DNA of 64,000 bases from an uncultured Pseudomonadota bacterium (GTDB taxonomy: Bacteria > Chloroflexota > UBA5177 > JAJPKF01): NCBI GenBank assembly GCA_963799725.1, contig CAWCYJ010000026.1, positions 5,120 to 69,119 on the forward strand, read 5' to 3'. This document shows, one piece after another, positions 22,110 through 33,468 of this stretch. The notes below the pieces were generated by a model. It made no database searches and was not told where the DNA came from. It saw only the letters and a list, made by a program, of their open reading frames with translations. A program made the translations under genes and the position numbers. The stretch's first letter is position 1, and every line of letters starts with the position of its first letter.

Positions 22110-22392
22110 GGCAAGGCGTGCACCGCACAGAAGCGTTTATTGACCATTGGCCACCCCAGGTTGGGACCTATGCCCCATGGATTTCTAAAGTGGACAGATC
22201 TGGGAACGGGGCACTAGAATGGCCCACGGTCGTCAAAGGTATTGTGCGCCGATTGTTGAGAGCATTAGTTCAAGTCGATGTTTAACGGGGACACGCCTTC
22301 CAGCTGTGTCAACACCGAGCTCGGGCCGAAGTCGTGAAAGTCAAAGCACCATCATGAGACTGTCGCCGTCAAAGCAAAAGGGGCCCAGCTCG

Positions 22393-24926
22393 ATGAAGAT
22401 ATATGCAGCCATCTGCCTGCTCGCTCCACTACTGTTCGCCACCCCAGCAAAGGGCATCGAGGCTCAATCCACCCTCTCTTGGTCCGCTCCGGTTACCGCC
22501 GCGCCGGCCCCATCCACAGGGGGCATATCGCTTAGCTCGGTTTCATGTGCCGGCGCCTCGCTATGTGCGGTGGTGGACGAAGACGGCCGGGTCTTGATTT
22601 CAGCTGACCCCACGGCTTCGCCTCCAACATGGAGCGCACCCACGGACATCGATCCGATGGGGGAGATCAAAAGCGTCTCCTGCCCATCCACTTCCCTCTG
22701 CCTCGCCGTCGACAGCACCGGAAACGTGCTCACCTCAACCAATCCGACAAGCCAGACTCCAACCTGGAGCCCTCCGCTGACGATCGATGCTGATCACATC
22801 CTGAGATCGCTGTCCTGCCCATCTACCTCCCTCTGCACGGCTGTGGACGACAAAGGCTATGCCGTGACTACGACGGACCCCGGGAACCCAGCCCCCACCT
22901 GGACAAAGCCGGAGGATATGGATGGCAACAGCATCCTCTTTGATGTGTCATGTGCGGCTCCATCTTTGTGCATTGCTATTGGCACCTGGTCAACCGCAGG
23001 TGATTACGGTCGATGCCAACTCGCCCGACCCCGACATGGACCACTATGGCCCGAACTGGAGAGTATGGACCTGAACTCCGATCTCGTGTCCCTCGACGAC
23101 TCTTTGTATGGGAGTTGACTGCGTGGGAGCGGCTTGGGTCACAACCGACCCGACGGCAGAGTCGCCGAGCTGGACGGCAACAGGACCGCAACAGAGCGGC
23201 AAGTCCGTCACAGGCGTTTCATGCGCTTCCAGCTCACTGTGTGTCTTAGCTGACGCGGAGGGCGAGGTGAGTACTTCCTCCAACCCCGCATCGGCCTCTC
23301 CGACCTGGACGCCAGCCAGTCGAAGCAGACCCCGCCGCACCACTGGCCTACCTTTCCTGCGCGGTGCCGAGCGTTTGCGTTGGCGGTCGACTCTCTTGGC
23401 AACGCCATTGATACATGCTCAGGCTGACGCAAGCTCACCATCCTGGGACCTGACCAGAGTGGATGCGACTAGCCGCGTCAGCGCCATCTCCTGTCTTTGT
23501 AGCCACGCTGTGCGGGAGCTGATCCATACGGCAGGGCGACGATCTCCACGGATCCGGCCGACCCGGCATCCGGCGTGGACTGCGGCCACGATCGATCCGG
23601 GACAGACAGCTGATCGGAGTCTCGTGTCCCTCGACTTCATTCTGTGTTGCGCTCGCAAGGGAGCAGCGGGGACTTCGATCGGACTTCGATCCCATGAATC
23701 CGAATCCGACATGGACCACGGGTGACCTAGGCGGCACATGGGCGACGGTGGGGGTATCGTGCCCACGTCGCTACTTCTGTGCGAACGTTGGTCAGGACGG
23801 ACAGGTTCCGAGTGACCACCAACCCCACTGACCCCACGCCCACCTGGGAGCTACGTTAAACGTCGGGGCAAGGTCTGACAGGGTCTGGAATGCCATCTCG
23901 TGTGCCTCCCAAGCTCTCTGCGTCGCTGTCGACAAGATCGGTAATGTGGTAATCTCCACGGATCCGACGGACCAGCAGCCTGTCTGGTCGAGTCCGGTTA
24001 ACATTGACCCCAACGGGCTGACCTTGAACGCCATTTCCTGCCCGACGACATCTCTGTGCGTTATCGTCGACGCCGATGGAAACGCCGTCATTTCAACCGA
24101 CCCCACGGCCGCTTCGCCGACCTGGACGATCCAAAAGATCGACCCTTATGGAGTGCTCAACTCGGTCTCCTGTTCTTCGGAGTCTCTGTGCGTCGCGGTT
24201 GATTCGGGAGGAAACGTGGTCCAGACGACCGATCCCTCCGCATCCTCGCCAACCTGGAGTGTGCTCCGGGTTGACTCCTCGGTTCTCACTTCCGTATCCT
24301 GCGGAAGCGACTCCTTCTGTGTGGCGGGCGATGACAACGGTAACGTCATCACCGGGTCGGTACCTGAGACGACCGGGACTGTGGTCGTATCGGCGAGCAG
24401 TCCTGCGGCAACTTACAAGCAGGCGGCACCGAAGATCGTATGTAGATACACCGGTTTCAAGAGTGGACAGACGGCACCAGCGACTCCCGCTGCTTCGACT
24501 GTGCCTTATCGAGCGGGAGATCCAGCGAATGCATATCGCGCGGCCTGTGCCGGGGCCAAAGACCCTTACTACAAGTTCTCCTACGTCAGTGGCTCGATGA
24601 CGGTGCATCTGGCGCCGACTCAAGTAGGTTACAAGCGTCCATCAACTCTCACTTCCGGATCGAAGGCCGTTCTGACGGCCTTTCTCCAATCGGCGTGGAA
24701 GGCAGGGATCACGGAGCGGAGGGTGACGATCACGCTTGGCTCCGGGAGCGGGGCTCAGAGATGCTCCGGGATGACAGGTACCTACGGGATCGTGAGCTGT
24801 AGCATCTCGAAGGTGACTGTCCCCCCGGGTAGCGAGCCTGTTTCCGTCGTCTTCGCCGGCGATCCAAAGGGGCCATCCTACGACTACAGTGGCTCTAAGT
24901 TCTCGACCATGGTCAACGTCACCTAG
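22393..24926 (+). pseudogene. Secreted ~43-aa Cys-pair repeat (propeller-like) protein with a C-terminal MBG/Ig-like region, interrupted by several frameshifts
   Basis: Signal peptide MKIYAAICLLAPLLFATPAKG. There are at least 15 tandem units of the form [VI]SC.s.SLC.AVD..GN.v.StdP....PtW....iD spread over three ORF-track pieces (22219-23118, 23108-23725, 23946-24926). Further units are readable in other frames across 22,980-23,945. Confidence 0.65.
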
Positions 24927-25007
24927 CTTAGGTTCAGTTAGCTAACGCAGCACTTAGACCCAGCGGGGCGCCCTGCTCGCGAGCGCTTGCGCACGCCAAA
25001 ACGACTG

Positions 25008-25094
25008 TGGTGCCGAGAGCGGGACTCGAACCCGCACGAGGTTGCCCTCATCGGTTTTTGAGACCGACGCGTCTACCGATTCCGCCATCTCGGC
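25008..25094 (-). tRNA. tRNA-Leu (anticodon CAA), class II with a long variable arm, CCA encoded
   Basis: The reverse complement is GCCGAGATGGCGGAATCGGTAGACGCGTCGGTCTCAAAACCGATGAGGGCAACCTCGTGCGGGTTCGAGTCCCGCTCTCGGCACCA. It folds into a 7-bp acceptor stem, a TCGGT/ACCGA anticodon stem with loop CTCAAAA, and a GCGGG-TTCGAGT-CCCGC T arm. Confidence 0.9.
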
Positions 25095-25305
25095 CCGGGA
25101 ACACCCGAATGGCTTCACTCCAAGCCTACCGGGAACGAAACCACTCGTGCCAATATCGCTCGTCAAGTGGCCAGAGGTAGATCACGACTGAAGGTGCTGA
25201 GCCGTTTGATAACAGACGGGCGACAGCGGAGTTTGGAGTCAGAGGCACTGGTTTTCTAAGCTGAAGTTAAACGCTTCTGCATCCAAATTTCTAGAAGGGG
25301 TCCCG

Positions 25306-28300
25306 ATGAAGAGTCAAATTCGTCCCTTGATGGCTCTGCTCCTCGCAATCGCCATTACAACCTTCGGCATTGCATCGCCGGGCAGAGTAGCCGCTCAGTC
25401 TCCTGGGACAAGCGGACCAGAGCAACGCGTCATCGTGGTCCTCCGCTCCACCCCCACGAGCGGCAAGTCCCATGGTCAGCTTGCTTCGAGACGCTCATGG
25501 GTGCTCCAAGCCCAAGCACCCGTCCTAGCCCAGCTTACTCAGGTGAAGGCGACACGTTTGCGTTCCCTCTGGCTAATCAATTCCATCGCGGCCAGAATGA
25601 CTGACGGAGCAATCGCCCGCCTTCGAGCCAACCCTTCTGTGCGAGCCATCGTCCCCGATCTTCCGGTGACTTTTCCACAATCGGGCTCGCATGGGCAGTC
25701 CGCGGCAATATCGCACCGGCCTAAATCTCGGGCCGCCGCCACCTGCACGTCGGCATCCCACGCCTTGCTGGAGCCAGAGGCTCTGCAACTTACAAACACT
25801 GCCTTTTCCAATCGCAAAATCTCGCAGGCGCAAAACCTCGTAAACGGCTCGGGGGTGACTGTTGCCTTTCTCGCCGACGACATCGACGTCAATACCCCAG
25901 ATCTCATTCGCTCCAACGGGAGCCACGTCATAACCAGCTACAGGGATTTCACCGGCGATGGCACGGCTAAGGTCACGACACCTGGCGGCGAAGCATTTGG
26001 TGATGCCAGCTCCATCGCCGCTCAGGGCCGGTATGTTTACAACGCCGACTCGTTCGTCAATGCTGCACTTCCGCAGCACAAGAGCTGCCTACCCATCCGC
26101 GTTGAGGGGATGGCACCCGGTGCTTCCCTCATGGCGCTTAAGGTGCTTGGAGGTGACGGCGGCGATGAAGCGACGATGATTCAGGCGGTTCAGTACGCCG
26201 TCGCGCACGGCGCCAATATCATCAATGAATCGATCAGCTCCTTCCGCAATCCGGACTCTGGTTACGACCCCATTGAGGCGGCGAATGACGCTGCCGTGGC
26301 TGCCGGTGTACTGGTGGTTGGGATTTCCTGGGATGGAGGTACCGCCGGAGGGACCATGTTCCCGCCGGGTACCGATCCCCGAATCCTCACAGCTGGCGCC
26401 TCTACTCAATTCCAGTCCTATCGCCAGGTTTCGTTCGCCGGTTCGCAGGTGATTAAAGGGGGCTACGACAGCAACAACATATCGGCAATCAGCTCCTCCG
26501 GCGTTTCAGACGACGGGACGAAGACTGTCGATGTCGTGGCGCCGGGCGATCTTGGTTGGGCGCTGTGCGCTCCCACGAACGCTCCCGTCTACTATGGGGA
26601 TTGCTACAACGATAACTATGAGAATTCTCCTATTCAGCTCTTTGGAGGCACAAGCGAAGCGGCACCCCTGACGGCAGGTGAAGCCGCACTCGTAATCGAG
26701 GCGTATCGAAACAGCCACGGTGGCAAGAGTCCTTCCCCCGAGGTTGTGAAGCAGATCATCATGAGTACATCCAGGGACCTGGGCTCGCCAGCCGGCGAAC
26801 AGGGTGCTGGCCTCATCAACAGTCTCGCCGCGGTACAGGCTGCCAACTCCTATCGGCTGTCACACCGAACTGGAACATCCATCCTCACGACACCCGCGTC
26901 ACTGCATACCAACCTCAATCCGGGCCAGAAGGCAACCTTTTCAATCTCGGCAACGAACAATGGCGCGGCAACCGAAACCGTGACTCCGAGGGTAGTCGCG
27001 CTGTCTCGCGCCCTTCGCCGAGAGCCACTTCGCCCCGTTCTTCAACGGGGCGAAAGCTAAGACCTTCGTGGATAACTATGGGCAGAAGGAACCCTACCTC
27101 ATCCAACACTTCAAAGTTCCTGCTGGAGCCCAGCGATTGGATGCCGCTATCGCCTGGCAGAGCGCCGTGGATAGCCTGCGCCTGACTCTATTCGATCCCC
27201 GGGGAAACGTGAGTGGCTACTCTTGGCCGCAGGATACCGGATACCCGTCTGGCCCAAGTTATAGCGAGTATGGACACGTGGGCATTCGAGATCCGCGTGC
27301 AGGGACCTGGACCGCGCTCATCTCGACTCCGGGCGATATTGCTGGATACTTCAAGGGAACGGTTCACCTCGACGTTTCGGAGTCTCGCTACTCTCCCGCT
27401 GGTCAGGTTTCTCCCAGCAGTCAGAGACTGTCACCGGGTCAGACGGGCGCCTTCCGCATCACAACGAAGGCTCCTGCCTCGGCAGGCGATTTTGAGCCAC
27501 AGATAGAGATCAGGGGAGTCACACCCTCAGGCCATACGACAGGTGCCGGAACGATTCCCATCCTCCTGCGTAACCTCGTTCCCCTCAAGGCGAGCGGAGG
27601 GTCATTCTCCGGAATCTTGACAGGGGGCAATGGACGTCCGGGCCGCGGACAGGGCCTCGTCTACAGCTTCAATTTGCCCAAGGGTCTTCGCGATGTTGAT
27701 ATTGGACTGAGACTGAAGGATTCCGGATACAACCTCGAGGGAATACTGAGCGATCCCACCCATACTCCGCTTGACGTACAGTCGACGGAAACCGGTACGA
27801 CGTCCAGCTACGCCACGACCTACTCGAATTCCATGCAGTTCTTCAGGCGCAATCCTGCACCGGGGCTGTGGTCTTTGCTGGTGTTCATCAACGACAACAT
27901 CTCCGGACGGGAGACAGCCGAACGGTTGAACGGGACAATTTCCTTCAATCGGGTCTCTGCTTCTTCAAACGATGTCCCAAATAGTGTCAAGACCCGGCTA
28001 GCTCGCGGTGCGTCCCGAGCCGCAACCATTACGGTCAAGAACACAGGCATAGCCCGGGAGAGCTTCTTTATCGATCCTCGCTTGTCAACTTCTGAGACCC
28101 TCACATCGGCCTCCGGAACTTACAAGCTCGCAGCTATGACAACTCGATACTTCTTTGTCCCGCCCGAGACGAGCCGGATAACCACGACTGCCGCCTCCAA
28201 ATCCCCTACCATTCCAATCGCAGAGGAAGTGGAGAACTTCTCGGGAGCTGCGCCCTATGGATACCTATATAGTCCTTTGTATGAGGGTACGGAAAGCACT

Positions 28301-28708
28301 CTGCGTGACGGCGAGCACGAGGTGATCGCTAATATTTCGTCAACCGAGATCACTCCAGGGCGGTGGATCGGTGTCGTCTCCGCCGTTGGGCCTTTCACAA
28401 CTGCGCCCCCAGCCACGTCGGTTACCGACAGCTATCGAATCAAAACACAAGCATTCGATCCGGCAGTTACTTCGAGTACAGGAGATGGCTGGCTATACCA
28501 GCTCGGAAAATCCGAGAGTTTTAAGCCGCTGACACTGGAACCGGGTGCATCAGGGAAGATTACCGTTGACTTCAAGCCGAACCGAGCCGCCGGAGATGTG
28601 GTCAGTGGAAAGCTTTACCTGGATACCCTAAGCATGTCGGGTGACGAAGCCATCACGGGTAGTACCGACGAGTTGGTTGCGATTCCTTACGAGTACACCG
28701 TTTCGTAG
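25306..28708 (+). pseudogene. Secreted clan-SB (S8/S53) peptidase with a large C-terminal beta-rich extension, split by a frameshift near 26,996-27,015
   Basis: Signal peptide, then an I9-like propeptide. Motifs include VAFLADDIDVNTPDL (Asp motif), IINESIS and FGGTSEAAPLTAGEAALV (Ser motif). The first ORF ends in an Arg-rich off-frame tail, and the second frame is already open from 26,996. Confidence 0.7.
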
Positions 28709-28912
28709 GTGCCTGGGTCCGCGACTCCGAAACTGAACGGTAACAGCAAAGAAACTTCGATTTCGATGGTCTATGGTGTGGGTGAGTCTTCAGTGACTAA
28801 ATTCCGTGGAATTAGAAGGTTGGTCAACCAACAACTATGAGGCTCGCCATCGAAGGGGGCTTGGCAGTATGTTCGTGAGCTTCACAAGACGAGTGCTAGA
28901 CCGGGGCTCGCG

Positions 28913-29385
28913 ATGATAAGCGGCAGCTTCGATCGCTTCACTGAACGTGCCAGAAGGGTCCTGACGCTAGCCCAGGAAGAGGCACAGCGTTTCAACCACA
29001 ACTACATCGGTACTGAGCACGTCCTATTAGGCCTTGTGCGAGAAGGGGATGGTGTTGCGGCCAAAGTGCTATCCAATCTTGGCGTCGAGCTGGCAAAGGT
29101 TCGTAGCGCCGTGGAGTTCATCATCGGTCGAGGTGAGCTGCCAGCTCTCCGGCGATATCGGGCTGACGCCAGCGAGCGAAGAAGGTGATCGAACTTGCCG
29201 TCGAGGAGGCGCGCAGACTTGGCCACCACTATATCGGCACAGAGCATCTCCTGCTGGGGCTGATCCGCGAAGGTGAAGGCATTGCGGCCGGCGTCCTTGA
29301 GAGCCTGGGAGTCAACTTGAAGGAAGTGCGGACAGAGGTGGTAAAGGTCGTATCAGTGGGTCCAAGTCCTCGGACTTACGGGACG
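28913..29385 (+). pseudogene. Clp N-terminal (Clp_N double-repeat) domain protein, two frameshifts at ~29,130-29,190
   Basis: Repeat 1 is FTERARRVLTLAQEEAQRFNHNYIGTEHVLLGLVREGDGVAAKVL. Repeat 2 is IELAVEEARRLGHHYIGTEHLLLGLIREGEGIAAGVL. The linker SGDIGLTPASE is readable only in the third frame. No stop separates it from ispF. Confidence 0.6.
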
Positions 29386-29904
29386 ATGTCGAGCCCCGGC
29401 ATAGAGCGGCTACTAGCCCTTCCGCGGATTGGCTACGGATTCGACGTGCATCGTCTGGTTGCGGATCGAGAGCTTCGGCTTGGTGGGGTACATGTGCCCT
29501 ACCATCTTGGCCTCCAGGGACACTCGGATGCCGATGTCCTGGTACATGCAATCATCGACGCCCTGTTGGGGGCAGCCGGCCTCAACGACATCGGGCACTA
29601 CTTTCCCAACCACGACCCTCGGTGGCAGGGCGTCTCCAGCCTCGACCTGCTCTCGAAAACCAGGGCAGAGCTGCAACAGCACGGCTACCTCGTTGGGAAC
29701 ATAGACAGTACGGTTGTCGCCGAAGAACCCAAGCTTGCCCCGTTTATTACTGAAATGAGAACGAACATTGCTGAGCGACTTCGGATCGATACCTCAAATG
29801 TCGGGATCAAAGCTACAACCGCCGAGGGCACTGGACCGGAGGGGCGTGGAGAATCGATCACTGCTCGTGCCGTCGCCCTCATCGTCGGGATGAGAGAGAC
29901 TTAG
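29386..29904 (+). CDS. ispF: 2-C-methyl-D-erythritol 2,4-cyclodiphosphate synthase
   Basis: RIGYGFDVHRL..GGV..P...GL.GHSDADVLVHAIIDALLGAAGLNDIGHYFP are the IspF metal and substrate motifs. The ATG at 29386 is the first start upstream of the domain. The ORF-track ORF (29185-29904) is in-frame with the Clp_N repeat. Confidence 0.85.
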   Translation: MSSPGIERLLALPRIGYGFDVHRLVADRELRLGGVHVPYHLGLQGHSDADVLVHAIIDALLGAAGLNDIGHYFPNHDPRWQGVSSLDLLSKTRAELQQHGYLVGNIDSTVVAEEPKLAPFITEMRTNIAERLRIDTSNVGIKATTAEGTGPEGRGESITARAVALIVGMRET

Positions 29905-29934
29905 CATCCCATAGGGCCGCCGCCGTCTTCTTCC

Positions 29935-29966
29935 CAACTCCTCTGTCTAGAGGAAGGAGTTGTTTC
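29935..29966 (+). terminator. Weak hairpin terminator candidate after ispF
   Basis: CAACTCCT (29935-29942) pairs with AGGAGTTG (29955-29962), followed by TTTCCCC. The U-tract is short. Confidence 0.3.
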
Positions 29967-30097
29967 CCCGACGATCAGCCTGCCGGATGCAAGCGCGCCT
30001 TTGTAGCAGTTCCCCAGGTTGTAAGACCCTGCTGTCACCTAATCTTTATGCAGGAGGCAGTCCCTGATGGCGCCTCCATTTGAAAAGGAGTGGAATC

Positions 30098-30562
30098 GTG
30101 GCTCAATTAAGCATTTATAAGTACATCCCTCACCGTCGGACCAAGTCGCGCCTCGAAGGAGATGCCCCCGGTCCGGTGAAGGTGAGCGATCAACTACCCC
30201 AGGACAGTCTGGCGGCGCGATTCAACGCCTGGTTGGCGGTCAAGGTGACCACTGCGGTAGGAACCATGTGGTGCGCTTATGTTTTTGCCGCGCTCGCTCT
30301 GGTAAGTCTTCCCGCTGCCATTCGCAGCGGTAATCCGGTAATTTTAGTGTCCTGGATCTCGCAGACCTTCCTACAGCTGGTCTTGCTCTCGGTCATCATC
30401 GTGGGTCAGAACGTGCTGGCGGCCGCAGCTGATAAGCGTTCCGAAGCAACGTATAACGATGCGGATGCGGTATTACACGAGGCGGTAAAAATCCAGGATC
30501 ATCTGGCAGCTCAGGACAAGCTGCTCACCGCTTTGGTGGAAAAGGTCGGCATTCAGGCGTGA
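30098..30562 (+). CDS. Small two-TM membrane protein (DUF1003-like)
   Basis: GTG at 30098 is preceded by AAGGAG. Two hydrophobic helices (TAVGTMWCAYVFAALALVSL, FLQLVLLSVIIVGQNVLAAA) are followed by a soluble tail. The family call is from memory only. Confidence 0.45.
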   Translation: MAQLSIYKYIPHRRTKSRLEGDAPGPVKVSDQLPQDSLAARFNAWLAVKVTTAVGTMWCAYVFAALALVSLPAAIRSGNPVILVSWISQTFLQLVLLSVIIVGQNVLAAAADKRSEATYNDADAVLHEAVKIQDHLAAQDKLLTALVEKVGIQA

Positions 30563-30629
30563 AGCATTAGCCTCGGTCTGGCGTTTAGCAAATTGAGATT
30601 GTCCCGATGAAGTCTGTGGGAGCTAGCCT

Positions 30630-31315
30630 ATGAAACGTTCTGAGATCAATTGCGATCATCCGTGATTGCGACAGCTTCTTGCGATCCCGTCAGTTCTTTC
30701 TTCCGCCCTTTGCCTATTGGCAGATCGAAGAATGGCAAGCAAATCTGGGAAAGTCCACCGAGATTGTTGATCGGCGACTGGGTTGGGATATCACCGACTT
30801 TGGACATGGAGACTTTACTCGCACCGGCCTCTCCATCTTTACGCTGAGAAACGGCGATCCCAAGAACTTGGAGGAACGGCAGGGGAAGCTCTACGCCGAA
30901 AAGGTTCTGATCGTTGATCCCAACCAGATCACTCCATTTCATTTCCACTGGGTCAAGATGGAGGACATCATCAACCGTGGAGGCGGAGATCTGGTCGTCG
31001 AGCTCTATAACTCTTCGAGAGCAAGGAGGCAAGGACGATACGGATGTCACGGTCATGGTTGACGGGATGGAGAGAGAGCTTCCGGCAGGCGGCAAGATCA
31101 GGCTGAGTGCAGGAGAAAGCATCACCTTACCCCCTCGGCTCTATCACTCATTTTGGGGCGAAAGGGAACGCGTGTTAGTGGGTGAGGTTTCCCTGACGAA
31201 TGACGACTACGTCGACAATCGCTTCTTCGAGACAGTCGGCCGCTTCCCCGAGATTGAGGAAGATGAAGATCCACTGTTCCTGCTCGTCGACGATTATGAT
31301 CGGTACTTGCGGTAG
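30630..31315 (+). pseudogene. D-lyxose/D-mannose ketol-isomerase (cupin), two apparent frameshifts (~30,650 and ~31,010-31,020)
   Basis: ATG at 30630 gives MKRSEIN, then a 1-nt shift restores AIIRDCDSFLRSRQFFLPPFAYW. The body includes GWDITDFG..., FHFHWVKMEDIINRGGG and LYHSFW. The C-terminal third lies in ORF 30914-31315. Confidence 0.65.
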
Positions 31316-31406
31316 CATCCGCGATCTGCTCGTTGCTGAAGCAGCTGAAGGCGCAAGTTGACCGAATCGTTGAATGGGCTCTCTACTGATGGAAACGGGT
31401 ACGCCG

Positions 31407-31709
31407 CTAGCGTTTACGTCCGCGGCCGTCCAGGCGGATGGTCCATGGCTCAATCTTCTCGACGTGAAGATGCGTTTCGCTCCATGGATCGCCATTAAGC
31501 TTTTCGCGGATCTCACTCTCCGAGCCCGCTTCAATTGCATGCACTACCCGGCGGTTGGTGGCAATGGGACCACCAAGAACGATGAACCCTTCGTCGACCA
31601 GTCTATCCATAAATGCCGCGTGCTCCGGCCATTGAGATTGCCCCTCCAGGGGCTGAGAGGGGTCCCATTGAGGACCAGATTGGCTGAGGAGAACGAGGAA
31701 CATTCCCAT
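31407..31709 (-). CDS. YciI-like (YCII) small protein
   Basis: At 100 aa it has the typical pattern MFLVLL...W.EH..FM..L...G..VLGGP.....V.H..E..S....R..L..DPW. Confidence 0.65.
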   Translation of the reverse strand: MGMFLVLLSQSGPQWDPSQPLEGQSQWPEHAAFMDRLVDEGFIVLGGPIATNRRVVHAIEAGSESEIREKLNGDPWSETHLHVEKIEPWTIRLDGRGRKR

Positions 31710-31740
31710 TGTTGAATTCTAGCCACAGCCAAAAGCAAAG

Positions 31741-33222
31741 CTAAACCTCTAGGGCGATCTCTGACTGACGCCTACCCGCTTCGGGCTCACTCGAGCCAAG
31801 ATCACGGGCTGTCTGACGAGCCGACTTATTGGCACGTTCACCGGTTGTCACCACTCCAAGCACCAGGATCACCAGACCCAAGCCCGCCGTGATCCACCAA
31901 GCGGCATGCGTTGCTGTCGCAAAAGTCTTGGTGAGTGTTGCGGAAACCACCCCACCCGCCACTGCTCCAAGCACGGCGACTCCGAGGGTGGATCCCACCT
32001 GCCTACTTGTCGAAGCCACAGCAGCCGCTACGCCCGCCTGGGATGGCGGCATCCCGGAAACGGCAGTGTTTGTGATAGGAGGATTCACAAGGCCGAGCCC
32101 GATCCCGAATAGGAAGTAGGCGCCAAGGAGGAAGGTCATGGGAGTCGTCGCGGTGAGCCGTGTAAGCATGACTGACGCCGCAATCAAGGCGAGAGCAGCG
32201 GCGACGAGCGTCGGGCGGATGGCTCCCCGACCAACCAGCATCCCCGACAGAGGAGCTAACAATAGCGTCATCGCTGCCATGGGCAGCAGGTAAAGACCCG
32301 CGTCGAACGGCGAGAGGCCGCGAACACTCTGCAGGTAAAGCGTGTTCAAGAACAGAAAGCCGCCCTGAATCCCGAAAGCGCAGACCGCGATGGCGCTGGC
32401 TCCGGAGAACGGAAGACTGCGAAAGAACCTGATCTCGATCAAGGGCTGTATGCGACGTAGCTCCCAAAGAATCAACGCTACAAAACAGGCTAGAGAAAGC
32501 CCGAACAGAGCCGGTATCTCGAGGGACGTCCAGCCAATCTGTGGGCCTTCGATGATTGTGTAGGTCAGGGAAGCGAGTGCCGCTGCCACCAAGATTTGTC
32601 CCACAACATCAATTCTTCTAGGCTGCGGTGCTCGAGATTCCGGAACGCATAACCTTGTCAATACGACTGCCAGGACACCGACTGGCACGTTCACAAAGAA
32701 CACAGAGCGCCACCCAGCGGTGTCCACCAGGAAACCTCCTACCAGAGGCCCAAGCGCCATGCTGATTCCAACGACGGCTCCCCAGATGCCTATCGCCTGG
32801 GCGCGTTCTCGAGGATCGGTAAAGACGTTGCGGATGATCGACATGGCGACGGGATTAAGCATCGAACCGCCGATGGCCTGTAGCGCGCGGAATGCGACTA
32901 ACAGCGGAAGGTTTGGTGCCAGGCCGCATAGACACGAGCCGACCGAGAAGATAACAAGCCCGATTTGAAAGATCCTCCGCCTTCCGATGCGGTCGGCGGT
33001 CGAACCCGAGAGCATTAGCAGGCTGGCAATGACGACGGTGTAGGCGTCGACTGTCCATTGAAGGCCAGAGAACGAAGCATGAAGGGAACGATGGATTGAG
33101 GGCAGCGCGACGTTCACAATCGTCACGTCCAGTCCCACAATGAGAAGGCTCATGGAGCAAATGCCCAGCACCAATAGGCGCTTGGGGCGGCTCAGAGTGG
33201 TAGAGAAGGCGTCGTTGTCCAA
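31741..33222 (-). CDS. MFS transporter, DHA2 (EmrB/QacA, 14-TMS) family
   Basis: At 493 aa it is strongly hydrophobic and has MFS motif A (GSTADRIGRRRIF). Size and topology fit the 14-TMS drug:H+ antiporter class. Confidence 0.85.
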   Translation of the reverse strand: MDNDAFSTTLSRPKRLLVLGICSMSLLIVGLDVTIVNVALPSIHRSLHASFSGLQWTVDAYTVVIASLLMLSGSTADRIGRRRIFQIGLVIFSVGSCLCGLAPNLPLLVAFRALQAIGGSMLNPVAMSIIRNVFTDPRERAQAIGIWGAVVGISMALGPLVGGFLVDTAGWRSVFFVNVPVGVLAVVLTRLCVPESRAPQPRRIDVVGQILVAAALASLTYTIIEGPQIGWTSLEIPALFGLSLACFVALILWELRRIQPLIEIRFFRSLPFSGASAIAVCAFGIQGGFLFLNTLYLQSVRGLSPFDAGLYLLPMAAMTLLLAPLSGMLVGRGAIRPTLVAAALALIAASVMLTRLTATTPMTFLLGAYFLFGIGLGLVNPPITNTAVSGMPPSQAGVAAAVASTSRQVGSTLGVAVLGAVAGGVVSATLTKTFATATHAAWWITAGLGLVILVLGVVTTGERANKSARQTARDLGSSEPEAGRRQSEIALEV

Positions 33223-33468
33223 GTTATTCCTGAGGCCAATCTATTACTGTTGCACTCGCTGCCCAAACGGATGGAGACTCCATGAAGCTTGCAGCTTTCT
33301 TGCCACCTACGGCGTCCCAAAGTTCGTAAGCCGGCGCCAAATTGAGCTCCATCTCATCAAATCGTCATAAATCTCTTAGGGCTTTCTCACTCCTCATCCG
33401 TATTGTGGAGATATGGGTGGACAGAATGAGGCATTATCTTTGCCAGATGTCGGTCAAGGTTTGGAATC

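Noticed and set aside
24954-25166. 70-aa ORF on the minus strand.
   Set aside because: It coincides with the tRNA-Leu(CAA) gene and is not coding.
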